Source: a virus
Taxonomy: Duplodnaviria > Caudoviricetes
Virus record (IMG/VR): IMGVR_UViG_3300029224_000129
Span: 1-44,301 of that record
Direction: 5' to 3' (one strand)
DNA length: 44,301 nt
How positions within the stretch are numbered: position 1 is the stretch's first letter; every line of letters begins with the position of its first letter. Below are positions 34,083 to 43,567 of this stretch, in pieces. The position numbers and the translations under genes are program-made. The notes beneath the pieces are model-generated. The model saw nothing but the letters and a program-made list of their open reading frames with translations. It was not told the DNA's origin and made no database searches.

Positions 34083-36188
34083 TTAGGCGGATGTTGCCGC
34101 CTCTCCAAAATTCTGCATACGCTTGAACGTTTTGTACTCAGCTGTATTCTGATATCCCTGTAGCCAGTTCCGATCTGCATCACTCACGGTATCTCCGGCA
34201 TCCAGAACCACCTCAAGATCACAAGCCCGCGCAAAGCGTGTTTCTCGTGTCTCTGCGATTTTGCGGTGATCTTCGATTTGCTCAACAACACGACTTTTGA
34301 CAACCTTCTGGGCGTCATTAAGCGGCGTGGTTTTGGGTTGGGGCCGCTTCATCAATTGATCTGTATTGAAAACCGGACGGGCAAGCGTGTTTTCCATAGG
34401 TGGCATGTTTGGTGGCGTAGGGAGCTGGTCCGCGATCTCTTGACCTGTAAGGGTCTTATGAAGAGCAAGATTCGCTTTATTGTTATTCATAAATTGCTTG
34501 CGTTTACGCCCATGATCACGCGCCGCGTCAGCATCACTAAAGCCGACCGCTTCAACCACATTGGCTTTGTCCAAATACGAACCATCCAAGCGATAAACGT
34601 GTATCCCGGCGTGGAGGTTGTCAGGATCAAAACGGATCACTAATTTTTGACCCATGTGGGCATGAAGGAAATCCGCCCAGTACCGATTGCCCATCAATTT
34701 AATCGAGCCATCAATGCGCGCGGCCTGTACGCCTTCCGCTGCCAACAACCATAATCTTTGCTGTTCTTCTGTGGCTCGATTTATGATTGATTTTTCATAG
34801 GACTCTTTAAAGGTTTGGTAAAATGAGCGACCTTTACAAACCTTGGCGCGGCGATCAGGGCGTTTATTGTGGGCATGAATGCCTTCATTAATGACCCGGA
34901 CAAAATCTTCTAAAGGAACGGCTCTTGAACCATAATTTTCAGGTTTGTTTAACGGGTTGTTGCCCGTCCATGCGCCTTCGAATTCAGAGTGTTTGGCAAT
35001 GTCATTACAGAAATCTCTAAAGGCCCTTTCAATGGGTTTTGATTGGCCGCTGTAAGGTAGGGTCCAATGAACCTCAACACCCAACTGGGTCAAAATACCG
35101 ACAGGTTCATCGTCCTTGATTTTAAACCGGAACCGATTGGCAATACCGCCTGTCAACCATTTGCTGGCAAAGCTTCGACCATTATCCAGATAGATATGAT
35201 CGGGAATGCCGAATTTTTCTACCATATCGCCGATGGCTAAACGTACTGCAACCTGATTTTCTGATTTGGCAATACGCCAGCCCACAAACATGCCGGAATA
35301 CAAATCCTGAATGGCGATCAGCATGGCGCGGATGGGCTTTGGTTCGTCTGGCCATTGCACCCACACATCAAACTTGTGACCATCGGCATTTACAGCTTCC
35401 AGAGCATGAAACACGCTACGGTCTCTTTCTTGTGCCGGGTACAATGCTTTCAAGGCATCCACGCCTTTGCGGGCTAGAATTTGAACGGGAACGGCGACTT
35501 CGCGATCTATGCGGCGCTGTAATGTTTTAACGCTGGGAAGTTTTAAGCCCTGAGCATCCGCGATCTGCTTGCCAAGCCGATAACAGCTTTCAAAGGTCCG
35601 TCGTTCAGCGCGCAAAAAATCACTTTTAATGCTTTCCCAAATTTCGTCTGGGCAATCGACCGTTTTCGTCCGTCCGGCATAACGCGGGGCCAAGGCTGGA
35701 AGCCGATCCGCTTTGGCCACACCCGCAATTGCCTTGAGCCAATTGTAGACTGTGGACGATGCTACGCCTTCATTGGCGGCGACGGTTTCAACGGCGAGAT
35801 TCTTTGTCAGGCCTCCACGCTGGAAAAGTTCAACGGAATTGATCACATGCAATTTCTTTTTCGCATCAGCTTTGCGTTTGTCAGAAAGGCCTTCAAAATG
35901 TGTCCATAATTCTGAGGCTGTGTGTTCGTCATGAACGATCTCTTTTGGCTCTTTCGCTGGGGCATGGTCCAAAACAATCTTGGCCTGCGTGGCGGAAGGT
36001 AAAAGCGTGTAATGATATTCAACACCACCGCCCCGACCTTCACGTTTGCGGGTGAGCTTGCCACCCGCGACATTGGTGCGACCTGCCCAGTTCTCTTTTT
36101 TGGCGCGCAGTTGAATGCCACGCTCGCCTCCAGGGATGCCGGGCAAAGCAAGGGCGGCCAACTCGGCGGCTGAATACCACTCGATCAT
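34083..36188 (-). CDS. MuA DDE transposase
   Basis: N-terminal Mu HTH (W.SA.ELA...LP), NADGHKFD, YLDNGRSF, KPIERAF (D-D-E), Mu C-terminal beta-barrel (RFDP.NL). Confidence 0.96.
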   Translation of the reverse strand: MIEWYSAAELAALALPGIPGGERGIQLRAKKENWAGRTNVAGGKLTRKREGRGGGVEYHYTLLPSATQAKIVLDHAPAKEPKEIVHDEHTASELWTHFEGLSDKRKADAKKKLHVINSVELFQRGGLTKNLAVETVAANEGVASSTVYNWLKAIAGVAKADRLPALAPRYAGRTKTVDCPDEIWESIKSDFLRAERRTFESCYRLGKQIADAQGLKLPSVKTLQRRIDREVAVPVQILARKGVDALKALYPAQERDRSVFHALEAVNADGHKFDVWVQWPDEPKPIRAMLIAIQDLYSGMFVGWRIAKSENQVAVRLAIGDMVEKFGIPDHIYLDNGRSFASKWLTGGIANRFRFKIKDDEPVGILTQLGVEVHWTLPYSGQSKPIERAFRDFCNDIAKHSEFEGAWTGNNPLNKPENYGSRAVPLEDFVRVINEGIHAHNKRPDRRAKVCKGRSFYQTFKESYEKSIINRATEEQQRLWLLAAEGVQAARIDGSIKLMGNRYWADFLHAHMGQKLVIRFDPDNLHAGIHVYRLDGSYLDKANVVEAVGFSDADAARDHGRKRKQFMNNNKANLALHKTLTGQEIADQLPTPPNMPPMENTLARPVFNTDQLMKRPQPKTTPLNDAQKVVKSRVVEQIEDHRKIAETRETRFARACDLEVVLDAGDTVSDADRNWLQGYQNTAEYKTFKRMQNFGEAATSA

Positions 36189-36649
36189 GAGCCACCCCTT
36201 TGCCATTTTTTACGAGCAATTTTCTTGCTGATATTTAGGCTTTCAATTTTTTCAGAAAGCATGGCTTCTTCGACAGCGGCCGTGAACTTTTCAGGAATAA
36301 CAGCATGTTCAAAAAGTTCGGCTCCGACATTCAACATTCGGACATCGCCCGTAACGTGGATCAGAGCAAGAACACGTACAAAACTTATGGTGTGTGTTTC
36401 TTTGGCTTCACTGGCGAAAGCATCCAACATATTGACGCTAACGTCTTCGCCAAGCCACGCGCTCATTTCTTCGGCGATCTTTTCTCTGGTTAGCCCTGAG
36501 GTTTTCATGGTCTCCGCTATCGCGTGAGCGATCCGGGCGCGTAGCGTCACTGTTTGAACCACCTTTGGGTCATACCGTTTGACAATCTCTGGAGGTTTCC
36601 AGTCGTTCAGCAAATCCAAGGTATCTGTGTCGCCTCGCTTCTGGACCAT
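36185..36649 (-). CDS. Conserved Mu-like early protein (HTH-like)
   Basis: DLL.W.P, R..IA.EMS..LG..VS..ML.A.ASE...H.I. Confidence 0.75.
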   Translation of the reverse strand: MVQKRGDTDTLDLLNDWKPPEIVKRYDPKVVQTVTLRARIAHAIAETMKTSGLTREKIAEEMSAWLGEDVSVNMLDAFASEAKETHTISFVRVLALIHVTGDVRMLNVGAELFEHAVIPEKFTAAVEEAMLSEKIESLNISKKIARKKWQRGGS

Positions 36650-37464
36650 TACTTAAGCCCCCCATCTGAAATCCAGTCATCATCAACCAGCTGTTCCAAA
36701 AAGCGCTTTTTGGCCTTGGGATTTCCGGTACGGTTCCAAGTATCCAAAAGCTTCATGTACTGCTTGTCTTCTGGGGAAATATCCTCGGCCTTGGCATGGC
36801 CATTGATGACCTTTACGGCTTGAGCAACCGTCCCGTTATTGCCAGCGATATATTCAGCAACGGTGAGTTGGGCAACCGCGTCTAAACGAGATAAGGCTTC
36901 AAGCTCTTTTTGATTGTCTTCATAATCCGTGCCTCGAATTGTGTCAGCGGCGGCCTGAGTTAAACGTTCGCCGATTGAGGCCTCTCGTTCAATTGTACGG
37001 ATCGCGCGGTCTGATCTGCTGGCAACTTCTGCATACCAATCTTTCAAGCCGCCATCGTTGGCAGACTGAAAATCATTACTTCGACGATCTCCACCATTTG
37101 TCGCTTGTGGGTTTTCTTCCTGATAAAGCCGTTTCAGTTCGGCTAAAAATTGCGCCCGTTCCAGCTTGTTGAGCTCATTTCGTGCGATGTTTTCAAGAAT
37201 TTCATGACGACGAAGGTCGGCCTCGCTTCCTGAAATTAAAAAGGCTGAAATTTCTGTAAACCCAGCCTGCTGACATGCGGCAAGACGATGCCCCCCAGCG
37301 ATTAAACGATATGCCTTTTCCCCTTTTGTTTTAGCAACCTCAATAGGCTGACATAAACCGCGCGATTTAATATCATGCGTCAGTGTAATTACGACCTCGG
37401 GGTTAACAGGGCGAAGTCGACCAGAAGTGTCAATATCTTCAATTTTTATGGAAATAACGTCCAT
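36649..37464 (-). CDS. ParB-like N-terminal domain protein
   Basis: RLR.V, GL.QPI.V, Y.LIAG.HRL.A, EN..R.EL..LER, GGDRRS. Confidence 0.88.
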   Translation of the reverse strand: MDVISIKIEDIDTSGRLRPVNPEVVITLTHDIKSRGLCQPIEVAKTKGEKAYRLIAGGHRLAACQQAGFTEISAFLISGSEADLRRHEILENIARNELNKLERAQFLAELKRLYQEENPQATNGGDRRSNDFQSANDGGLKDWYAEVASRSDRAIRTIEREASIGERLTQAAADTIRGTDYEDNQKELEALSRLDAVAQLTVAEYIAGNNGTVAQAVKVINGHAKAEDISPEDKQYMKLLDTWNRTGNPKAKKRFLEQLVDDDWISDGGLK

Positions 37465-37465
37465 G

Positions 37466-37768
37466 TCAGGCAGCCTTTCTATTTTTGACAAGCAAACCGA
37501 GTTTGGCTCTGCTATTCTTTCTTCTCCAATCGGCGGCGGGAATCGCAGGCCCATTGGGGTGGTGATATCGAGATGGCCAAAGGACGCTGGGTTTTGTACT
37601 TAGCTCCTTGGCAATTTCGGTCTGAATTCGTGGACGTACCTTGTCTCTAACAATGGCAACTGCCTGCGGACTGATCTTTAGTCGGCGAGCGATCATGGAA
37701 AGGCTTGAACCTTTCTTTTCAAGCCTTGCTTTCACATCGCTCCAGTGCTTGTCTTTACGTCTCTTCAT
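37466..37768 (-). CDS. ner: Ner-like transcriptional regulator
   Basis: VKA.L..KG.SL..IAR, IA..L...P..LWPSRY; divergent from the repressor. Confidence 0.9.
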   Translation of the reverse strand: MKRRKDKHWSDVKARLEKKGSSLSMIARRLKISPQAVAIVRDKVRPRIQTEIAKELSTKPSVLWPSRYHHPNGPAIPAADWRRKNSRAKLGLLVKNRKAA

Positions 37769-37828
37769 TGGTGCTCACGAATACGGTTTAGGCCGTTTTT
37801 TTTGTGGGTTTAATTGGTTGTAGTTTCA

Positions 37829-37903
37829 ACCTATTTTGGTCAAATATGGTTCTTTGTAAAGACCATTTTTAGTTTTCGGTGTTTATATTTTGCCAAAACT
37901 GGT
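37829..37903. promoter_or_regulatory. Putative operator repeats in the c/ner switch
   Basis: Four ACC(A/T)N(T/A)TTT-like copies: 37829 (+), 37850 (-), 37862 (+), 37903 (-). Confidence 0.4.
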
Positions 37904-37933
37904 CTTTTAATAGGTTATTTCTGGTGTTTTCAA

Positions 37934-38455
37934 ATGGTTAGCGCAACTTCGAAGCAACAAAAAAAAGACGCCGATAACTTCGGTGTTGAGGCTCTTAAGT
38001 CCGAAATATCGGTGCGAATTCGCGAATCGATTCGCGAATCGGGTGGCAATGCCTTTGTTGCGGAAAAAAGTGGTCTTCCTCTACGAACCATCAGCAATTA
38101 CGTTAGGGGCTTATCTGAACCTAAAATTATCTCACTGAGCAAAATTGCTGAGGTTTGTGGGGTTTCTCTGGATTGGCTTGCAACTGGCAAAAATCACAAG
38201 TTTTCATCCGAACCGCAACCGGCATTAGATAAGGAAGCCCTAGAAGAAGGCCCTGCACAAACAATCGCTGATATAGGGCAACGCTTGCGCCACTCGCGTG
38301 AAGTTTGCGAAGAGGCCGTTCAGGCTGTAGGCTGGGAACCACCGGCTGTTGTGTGGGAAGCTCTTCGTACAATGGCTTTCGGATATGACATGAAGGTTGA
38401 AGACGCCGCCCTTTTTTTAGAATCTATTAAATGTGCGATTGAAATCAAAAAGTGA
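37934..38455 (+). CDS. Prophage repressor (XRE HTH), no S24 peptidase domain
   Basis: AEKSGLP.RTISNY.RG.SEP....L.KIA..CGVSLDWLATG; between ner and the left end. Confidence 0.85.
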   Translation: MVSATSKQQKKDADNFGVEALKSEISVRIRESIRESGGNAFVAEKSGLPLRTISNYVRGLSEPKIISLSKIAEVCGVSLDWLATGKNHKFSSEPQPALDKEALEEGPAQTIADIGQRLRHSREVCEEAVQAVGWEPPAVVWEALRTMAFGYDMKVEDAALFLESIKCAIEIKK

Positions 38456-38488
38456 GGGTTTAAAGGCTCATTAACGGCATTTAAAAGC

Positions 38489-38662
38489 ACTCTAAATCCA
38501 AGTGTCTAAATCACCAAAATGGCCCGTACTCCAAAACCCAAACGTTTTTGATAAATAGCCCATTAAAGGCCCATTAAAAGGCTGAACTCCGGGGTTTGTC
38601 CCACGTTATCCCGCCCAGTCCCACGATATCCCGGATACTCTAATACCTAGTGTCCCCTAACA
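38489..38662 (-). repeat. Prophage left end (attL) with L1/L2/L3-like transposase sites
   Basis: ACTCTAATACCTAGTGTC (38637-54) vs ACTCTAAATCCAAGTGTC (38489-506), 15/18 identical; weaker copy at 38528; GTCCCACG(T/A)TATCCCG twice at 38598 and 38618; terminal CA at 38661-62. Confidence 0.8.
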
Positions 38663-39639
38663 TTGGCGAGCGAAACGGTCAGCTCTTTCAAGTAATCCGG
38701 CGAATATTTTCGATAAATTCGGCGCACCGTACCGGGGCTTGTTGCTGTCAAATCGCTTATCTGATCCACGGAATATCCATCCTCTGCCAGCCATGAAATA
38801 ACCGAGTGTTTCAGAGTGTGAGGGGTGGCCCATGAAAGCTCTGCTTCTTTGGCCGCATCGTTGAAGGCGTGTTTTATGTTTTTGATAGGCTTGCCAAAAT
38901 ATTCGATCACATAGTTGGAGCTCGCTTCTTTCTTCATTAATGTCAAAGCTTCGATCACATCCTTCCCAACGGGAACGACTGTCCTGCGTTTTTTCGTTAT
39001 CGCCAGCTCTGGGTCTCTGAAGTCCAGTCGCCCACGTTTTAGGTTCACGCGATCCCACGTCAAACCGAGGATTGCACCCTTTCGCGCTCCCGTGTTCATG
39101 GCGATCAAAATATATAGGCGCAAGTGCATCGACTTTGCTTTGTCGAATATCGCACTGGCTTGCTCTCGCGTTAAAAACCGTTCTCTGGGTGGACGTTTTG
39201 CCGGAACTTCTATGAACGGAGCCTTTTCTATCCATCCCGCTTGCAGAGCCATTTTTAACGTGGTGCGAAGCTCGAATAATTCTTCTCGCAAAGCTCCCGG
39301 TGCTGATTTTCTTTTTAACCAATACTCTTTTACAAATTGTGGAGTTATTCGGTCCGGTCTGATTGGTCCGAAATGTTTTTTCAACCCACTGTGAAAGAAC
39401 GGCGTCCTTTTGGCCCTGTCTTTCCCCGAAGCCTCCAAGTCTGCCAGACGAATGTCTAGCAGAGCTGAAACCGTTGGTGACTTTGGTGTGTTTTTTGCCG
39501 CAAGGTATTCGCTTAGGAAGCATTGAGCCGCTCCCTCATCCGAAGTTCCCGTGCTGTAGACTTCCCGTCCATCTCGGATGTACCAATTGTCTTTCCGGGT
39601 AATTCTGACAATGCGTGCAGGTTTTCTTGGGCGTGACAT
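38647..39639 (-). CDS. int: Tyrosine recombinase/integrase; 3' end supplied by the Mu terminus
   Basis: TGARKGAILGL.W, TKKRR.VVP, PHTLKHS, RIYRKYSPDYL. Confidence 0.92.
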   Translation of the reverse strand: MSRPRKPARIVRITRKDNWYIRDGREVYSTGTSDEGAAQCFLSEYLAAKNTPKSPTVSALLDIRLADLEASGKDRAKRTPFFHSGLKKHFGPIRPDRITPQFVKEYWLKRKSAPGALREELFELRTTLKMALQAGWIEKAPFIEVPAKRPPRERFLTREQASAIFDKAKSMHLRLYILIAMNTGARKGAILGLTWDRVNLKRGRLDFRDPELAITKKRRTVVPVGKDVIEALTLMKKEASSNYVIEYFGKPIKNIKHAFNDAAKEAELSWATPHTLKHSVISWLAEDGYSVDQISDLTATSPGTVRRIYRKYSPDYLKELTVSLANVRGH

Positions 39640-39815
39640 GAAATGCGCTCCAAATATTCACTCAGAAATTCTTGGGAAATGCGGATCGCATACCCGGGCA
39701 TATCTTGATATGACCTGATTTTTCCTTTGTGAACAAGTTGGCGAACAGTCTCATACGAACATCCGAGAAGAGTTGCGACCTGTCGAAGAGTGAAGTATGG
39801 CCCCTTATTTTTCAC
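39513..39815 (-). CDS. xis: Excisionase-like HTH_17 protein overlapping the int start
   Basis: FTLRQVA.LLGCSYETVR.LV..GKI, IRI; GAGG before GTG 39815. Confidence 0.8.
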   Translation of the reverse strand: MKNKGPYFTLRQVATLLGCSYETVRQLVHKGKIRSYQDMPGYAIRISQEFLSEYLERISCHAQENLHALSELPGKTIGTSEMDGKSTARELRMRERLNAS

Positions 39816-39906
39816 TGTGGCTTCCTCATGGTGAGAAAGCATCAAGTGATCATCCGTAGTTTTATGGGCTTGAGGATGGAGGGGTGGGTGTGTATTATGT
39901 TGATCA

Positions 39907-40500
39907 TCAAACGGCCTCATCGGTCTTTCCTTTCGTTAGATTGGTGGAAACTGCTTCAACAGTTTCAGCGTTGTTTTTTGGTTTAGTGGAGCGGCTCAGG
40001 TCTTTTTGATCTGAGCCGTTTTTCTGTGCGGTTGTGTCGCGACCGAAGAAGAACCTATCTATTATGGTGCGCTTGTAATTACGTTCTCCGGGAAATGTTT
40101 CAATAAGATCTTGTTGAAGCTGTTCTCTGTTCGAGCGATTAGGAAGCGCAGATTTTAGCTCGCGCCTAGCCTCATCAAGATTTATTTCAATGTCTCCCAT
40201 CACATTTTCAAGATAATGGATGCCTTGGATTAAAGGAGCTAATGTTCTGAGAGGAGCTGTTTTAAAATGTTGCTTGTCTTCATCATCTTCACAGACTACT
40301 GAGAAAACTTCACTAGGTGATAGGTTTAAGACACTCACAATTTTTGCCAGCATGGGAAGCGGAGGAAATTGACCATTAACCTCACCAGCTTGTTCATACT
40401 TAGCAATCGAATTGATATTTGCCCCAACAAGCGCAGACAACTGCTTACGGGTTAAACCCTCTGCAGCTCTGCCATTCTTGAGTAGTTTTCCTAAGCTCAT
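39907..40500 (-). CDS. XRE family HTH regulator
   Basis: LG.LLK..R...GLTR.QL..L.G....I.KYE. Confidence 0.88.
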   Translation of the reverse strand: MSLGKLLKNGRAAEGLTRKQLSALVGANINSIAKYEQAGEVNGQFPPLPMLAKIVSVLNLSPSEVFSVVCEDDEDKQHFKTAPLRTLAPLIQGIHYLENVMGDIEINLDEARRELKSALPNRSNREQLQQDLIETFPGERNYKRTIIDRFFFGRDTTAQKNGSDQKDLSRSTKPKNNAETVEAVSTNLTKGKTDEAV

Positions 40501-40610
40501 TTTGTACCAATAATATCAAAAGTTTCTAAAATATAACTCAAACTAATATTATTAATATCTCCATATTTAGTGAATGTCAACTCCACTACTATATACAGAC
40601 ATAAAATTAA

Positions 40611-40644
40611 AAAGAGGCCCAAGATATGTTATCTGGGCCTCTTT
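40611..40644 (-). terminator. Intrinsic terminator after the 312-aa XRE gene
   Basis: AAAGAGGCCC(A)AGATA-TGT-TATCTGGGCCTCTTT hairpin with a T-tract on the minus strand. Confidence 0.75.
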
Positions 40645-40671
40645 ATGTTTTGCGTAAAATCACGGGCATGG

Positions 40672-41610
40672 TTAGAGGAAGTCACCGCTCAAAAAGCTTT
40701 TCTTTTCGCTGGGCTCTTCACGCTTTGGAAATTCGTCAACATCCTCGAAATCATAACCATTATTATTGATCGTGAGCGTTCTAAGGTGAGGACGGATCAG
40801 TGGCATAAAGTTTTCATGCTCTCCCCAACTGGCACCATTTCCAAGGAATTCTCCTCGAATTGGTCGTTCGATGCCATATTCTTTTCTAAGCTCATTGGCA
40901 ACAGTGATTAGGGCTTTGCTGTCGAGGGCATATAGATCAATCCCAAACATAGCGGTGTCAATGATACGCTCCTCAATGTTTCCGCAATATGCCTGAGCTT
41001 CGTCTGAGCTCTTACGGAACATATCGAGGATGCTGTCAGCCGTTTTACAATCGCCTTGATACAGTTCGCGCTCAACAGCCAAGGCTAGGAGCTCTTCTGG
41101 TTCACAGTACTTGAGAACCGAACGAATTTCTTCGATCAATGCAATAGCGCCACGCTGGGCACCTTCAAATTCATGAATGCGCATGTTGTCTAGGACAGTA
41201 AGCAGTCCATTAAAAGAATTCATTTGATCATTTTCGTTGGCTGGCTCGGAGGATTCCGCAATATCGGAATTGACGTTTAAAACATCCTCCGCGAAAGTCT
41301 CGGCGTCATTCGCGGAGGCCTGTGGTTCTGCGCTTTCTGTGGTTTCCGTGACTTTCGCGGAGGCTTCTTGAACGTCTTCACCGTTCAGCACCCAATTAAT
41401 CGAAACGTCCAAGTGCTCGCAGATGGTTTGAAGGCGTGTTGTGTTCGGGTCCATGTCGCCACGTTCATACTTTTCGATTGTGCTGGCGGGAATGCCAGTA
41501 GCTTCGGCAAGTGCCTTGCGAGTGAAGTCGGCATCCGTGCGAGCCGCCTTAAGACGGTCGGCAATTGTCATGCCTTCATGTGTTGGAATGTCGCGTGTTG
41601 ATTTAGTCAT
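40672..41610 (-). CDS. XRE family HTH regulator with acidic linker and unknown C-terminal domain
   Basis: IADRLKAAR...TR.ALA..TGI..STI.KYERG..P....L..I...L.VS..W. Confidence 0.88.
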   Translation of the reverse strand: MTKSTRDIPTHEGMTIADRLKAARTDADFTRKALAEATGIPASTIEKYERGDMDPNTTRLQTICEHLDVSINWVLNGEDVQEASAKVTETTESAEPQASANDAETFAEDVLNVNSDIAESSEPANENDQMNSFNGLLTVLDNMRIHEFEGAQRGAIALIEEIRSVLKYCEPEELLALAVERELYQGDCKTADSILDMFRKSSDEAQAYCGNIEERIIDTAMFGIDLYALDSKALITVANELRKEYGIERPIRGEFLGNGASWGEHENFMPLIRPHLRTLTINNNGYDFEDVDEFPKREEPSEKKSFLSGDFL

Positions 41611-41709
41611 GATTTAAGTTCCTTTTGCCCTGCGAAAAAGTCAGGCGACATTCAGGGCAGGGGGAACCTGTTGTGCCTGTTTTGTAAAATTCTGGGGTGT
41701 GGTTTCTGG

Positions 41710-43212
41710 TCATTGGAGCGTTTCTCCATTCGAAGCATGACCAGAAGGGGGGGGAGGTCGATATCGTGACCTCGAATTCGTGTCCTGTTTCGGGACAGTT
41801 GTCGTTGTAGTGTGCTTCATAGGGGCGCTTCGCTTGAGAGAGGTATCAGAGCAGGCCTCAAGGGACTCCGTAGCGGCCCTCAGGGCATCGGCATCAATCC
41901 GGTCACGGTGGATGCGCCGGGCAAAGCCCACGGCCTCCTCAAGGCTATTTTCGCGGACTAAGGTGGTAAAATCACCTGTATATCCTTCAACAATGACACA
42001 AGGTTCCATGCGCGGATTGAAGTTAGGCATTGGTCGCGTAATGGCGACAACTACATTTTCAGTGCGTGAACCGTCACTGTCAGGCCGTTCTTCACGGGTC
42101 TTTTTCTCCGTAACTCGCCAAATCAATCGTCCATCAATAGTTTGAATGAGCATCAGCTTTTGCCCATTAGCCTTTAATTCAGAACGGAAGCGGCGCATTT
42201 CACCGAGTGGATGGAAAAACTTGAGCGGACCTTCTAGAACTTCAACCAGTTCGCCGTTCTCATCTTCGCGTGTTTTGACCTCTCCGGTTTCAGGGTCAAA
42301 TTGTGCACGCCCACCTGATACTTGATGAAACAATTCGGCAAATTCTTCATCCGTTAAAAGATTAAATTCAGTGGGCTTGAAGACATATTTAACAACTTCA
42401 TTGGGTTTCTTAATTTTGCTGTCATTCACATAACCTTTTGGAAAAAAGCCTTTGGAAAATTCTAGGAATTCTGCCCACTTCTTTTTGCCAAGGTAACGAT
42501 TGCACCGGAACAAAACATGACTGTGCATATTCATCATGGCCGTGTTGTTATCATTACGATGAATGGTGTTTTCAACGTTGTAATATTCAATGGAAATGCC
42601 CAAGCGTTTCAGCTTTGGGTGAGCCGCAAATTTAGACATACGCCGGGTATGAGTTTTGTGGTTTTTTCGATAGTCAAACAGGGGACACCAGCCACCTGAA
42701 ATGACAAGCATACGGAGCCGCCCGGGTCGGGTTACATCAAACATAAACCGCACATGTGACAGCATGCCGTGAACATTCTTAGATTGCTGTATTGGAATTA
42801 GATTGCAATTACGATAGTCCGGTAGTGCTTCAACTTCACCAGAAACAAGGCCAACTATTGCAAGGTCTCGGCCTGTGCGTCCACGAATGCCCATACGCTC
42901 TAATCGCAAAACAACATCTTCCGATTGTTCGCGAAGTCTTCGTTTGTTAATTTGGCTGTCTATATGGTGGTCTCTGGAAACTTCAGAGCCAACCAATTGT
43001 TCCCATATTTCTTTTGATGAAATTTCATTCTTCCCAGCATTCCATCCAAAGAAATCTTTAGCCGTGTTTTCGCGGGGCATTGGAAATTTGCGTTTTGCTT
43101 TAGGCTTGTCGTTCTTAGTACCTATTTTTTTCCAATACGTGGCTTTACGCTCTTCAGTCTCGGCCCTCTTATCAGCTTCAAACGCGGCCCAATTCATGTT
43201 GTTGTTGATCAT
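41710..43212 (-). CDS. rep: HUH rolling-circle replication initiator (Rep)
   Basis: HUH motif MNMHSHVLF and YxxK motif EVVKYVFKP; preceding CNLIP and hydrophobic motif LRMLVIS. Confidence 0.72.
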   Translation of the reverse strand: MINNNMNWAAFEADKRAETEERKATYWKKIGTKNDKPKAKRKFPMPRENTAKDFFGWNAGKNEISSKEIWEQLVGSEVSRDHHIDSQINKRRLREQSEDVVLRLERMGIRGRTGRDLAIVGLVSGEVEALPDYRNCNLIPIQQSKNVHGMLSHVRFMFDVTRPGRLRMLVISGGWCPLFDYRKNHKTHTRRMSKFAAHPKLKRLGISIEYYNVENTIHRNDNNTAMMNMHSHVLFRCNRYLGKKKWAEFLEFSKGFFPKGYVNDSKIKKPNEVVKYVFKPTEFNLLTDEEFAELFHQVSGGRAQFDPETGEVKTREDENGELVEVLEGPLKFFHPLGEMRRFRSELKANGQKLMLIQTIDGRLIWRVTEKKTREERPDSDGSRTENVVVAITRPMPNFNPRMEPCVIVEGYTGDFTTLVRENSLEEAVGFARRIHRDRIDADALRAATESLEACSDTSLKRSAPMKHTTTTTVPKQDTNSRSRYRPPPPSGHASNGETLQ

Positions 43213-43567
43213 TGGCTGGCCCTCTTATTGGCCCGGGCAATGGCAATGTCAGAAATTAACTTTGCGGCAACGCTTCCAATATGCTGGCAAGTTTCAAGGT
43301 GTCGCGAAACATCAACGCACGGAGCACTTTGAGACACCCGGGGCGCGGCCCCGGACCCCGGGATATTTGAAACAACAAAGCAAGTTTCTTGGAGGGAGCG
43401 AACGTCACAGATCGAGCTGGTGGAAAGATCGAAAGAGAATGCTTTGCGCCGAGTCCTTGTCTTGCTATAATCGCGACACGGAACAGCCGGGGACGGCGAT
43501 GGCCGTACAACGAAGCAAGCGGCGGGCAGAAATGTTCCGCCGTTTCTCGTTTGTGTAAGGATGCTTT

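Larger units (their letters stand above)
1..38662 (-). mobile_element. Mu-like transposable prophage (contractile tail); left end at 38662, right end outside the window
   Basis: Mu gene order c/ner/A/B/semi-essential/gemA/mor/lysis/gp27-30/I/T/36-37/L/M/41/TMP/N/P/45-48/fibre; terminal ...CCCCTAACA at 38662 with repeated transposase-site-like motifs. Confidence 0.96.

Noticed and set aside
38657-39523. 288-aa alternative-frame ORF within int
   Set aside because: Fully nested in the integrase gene with no recognisable motifs; probably incidental, though not excluded
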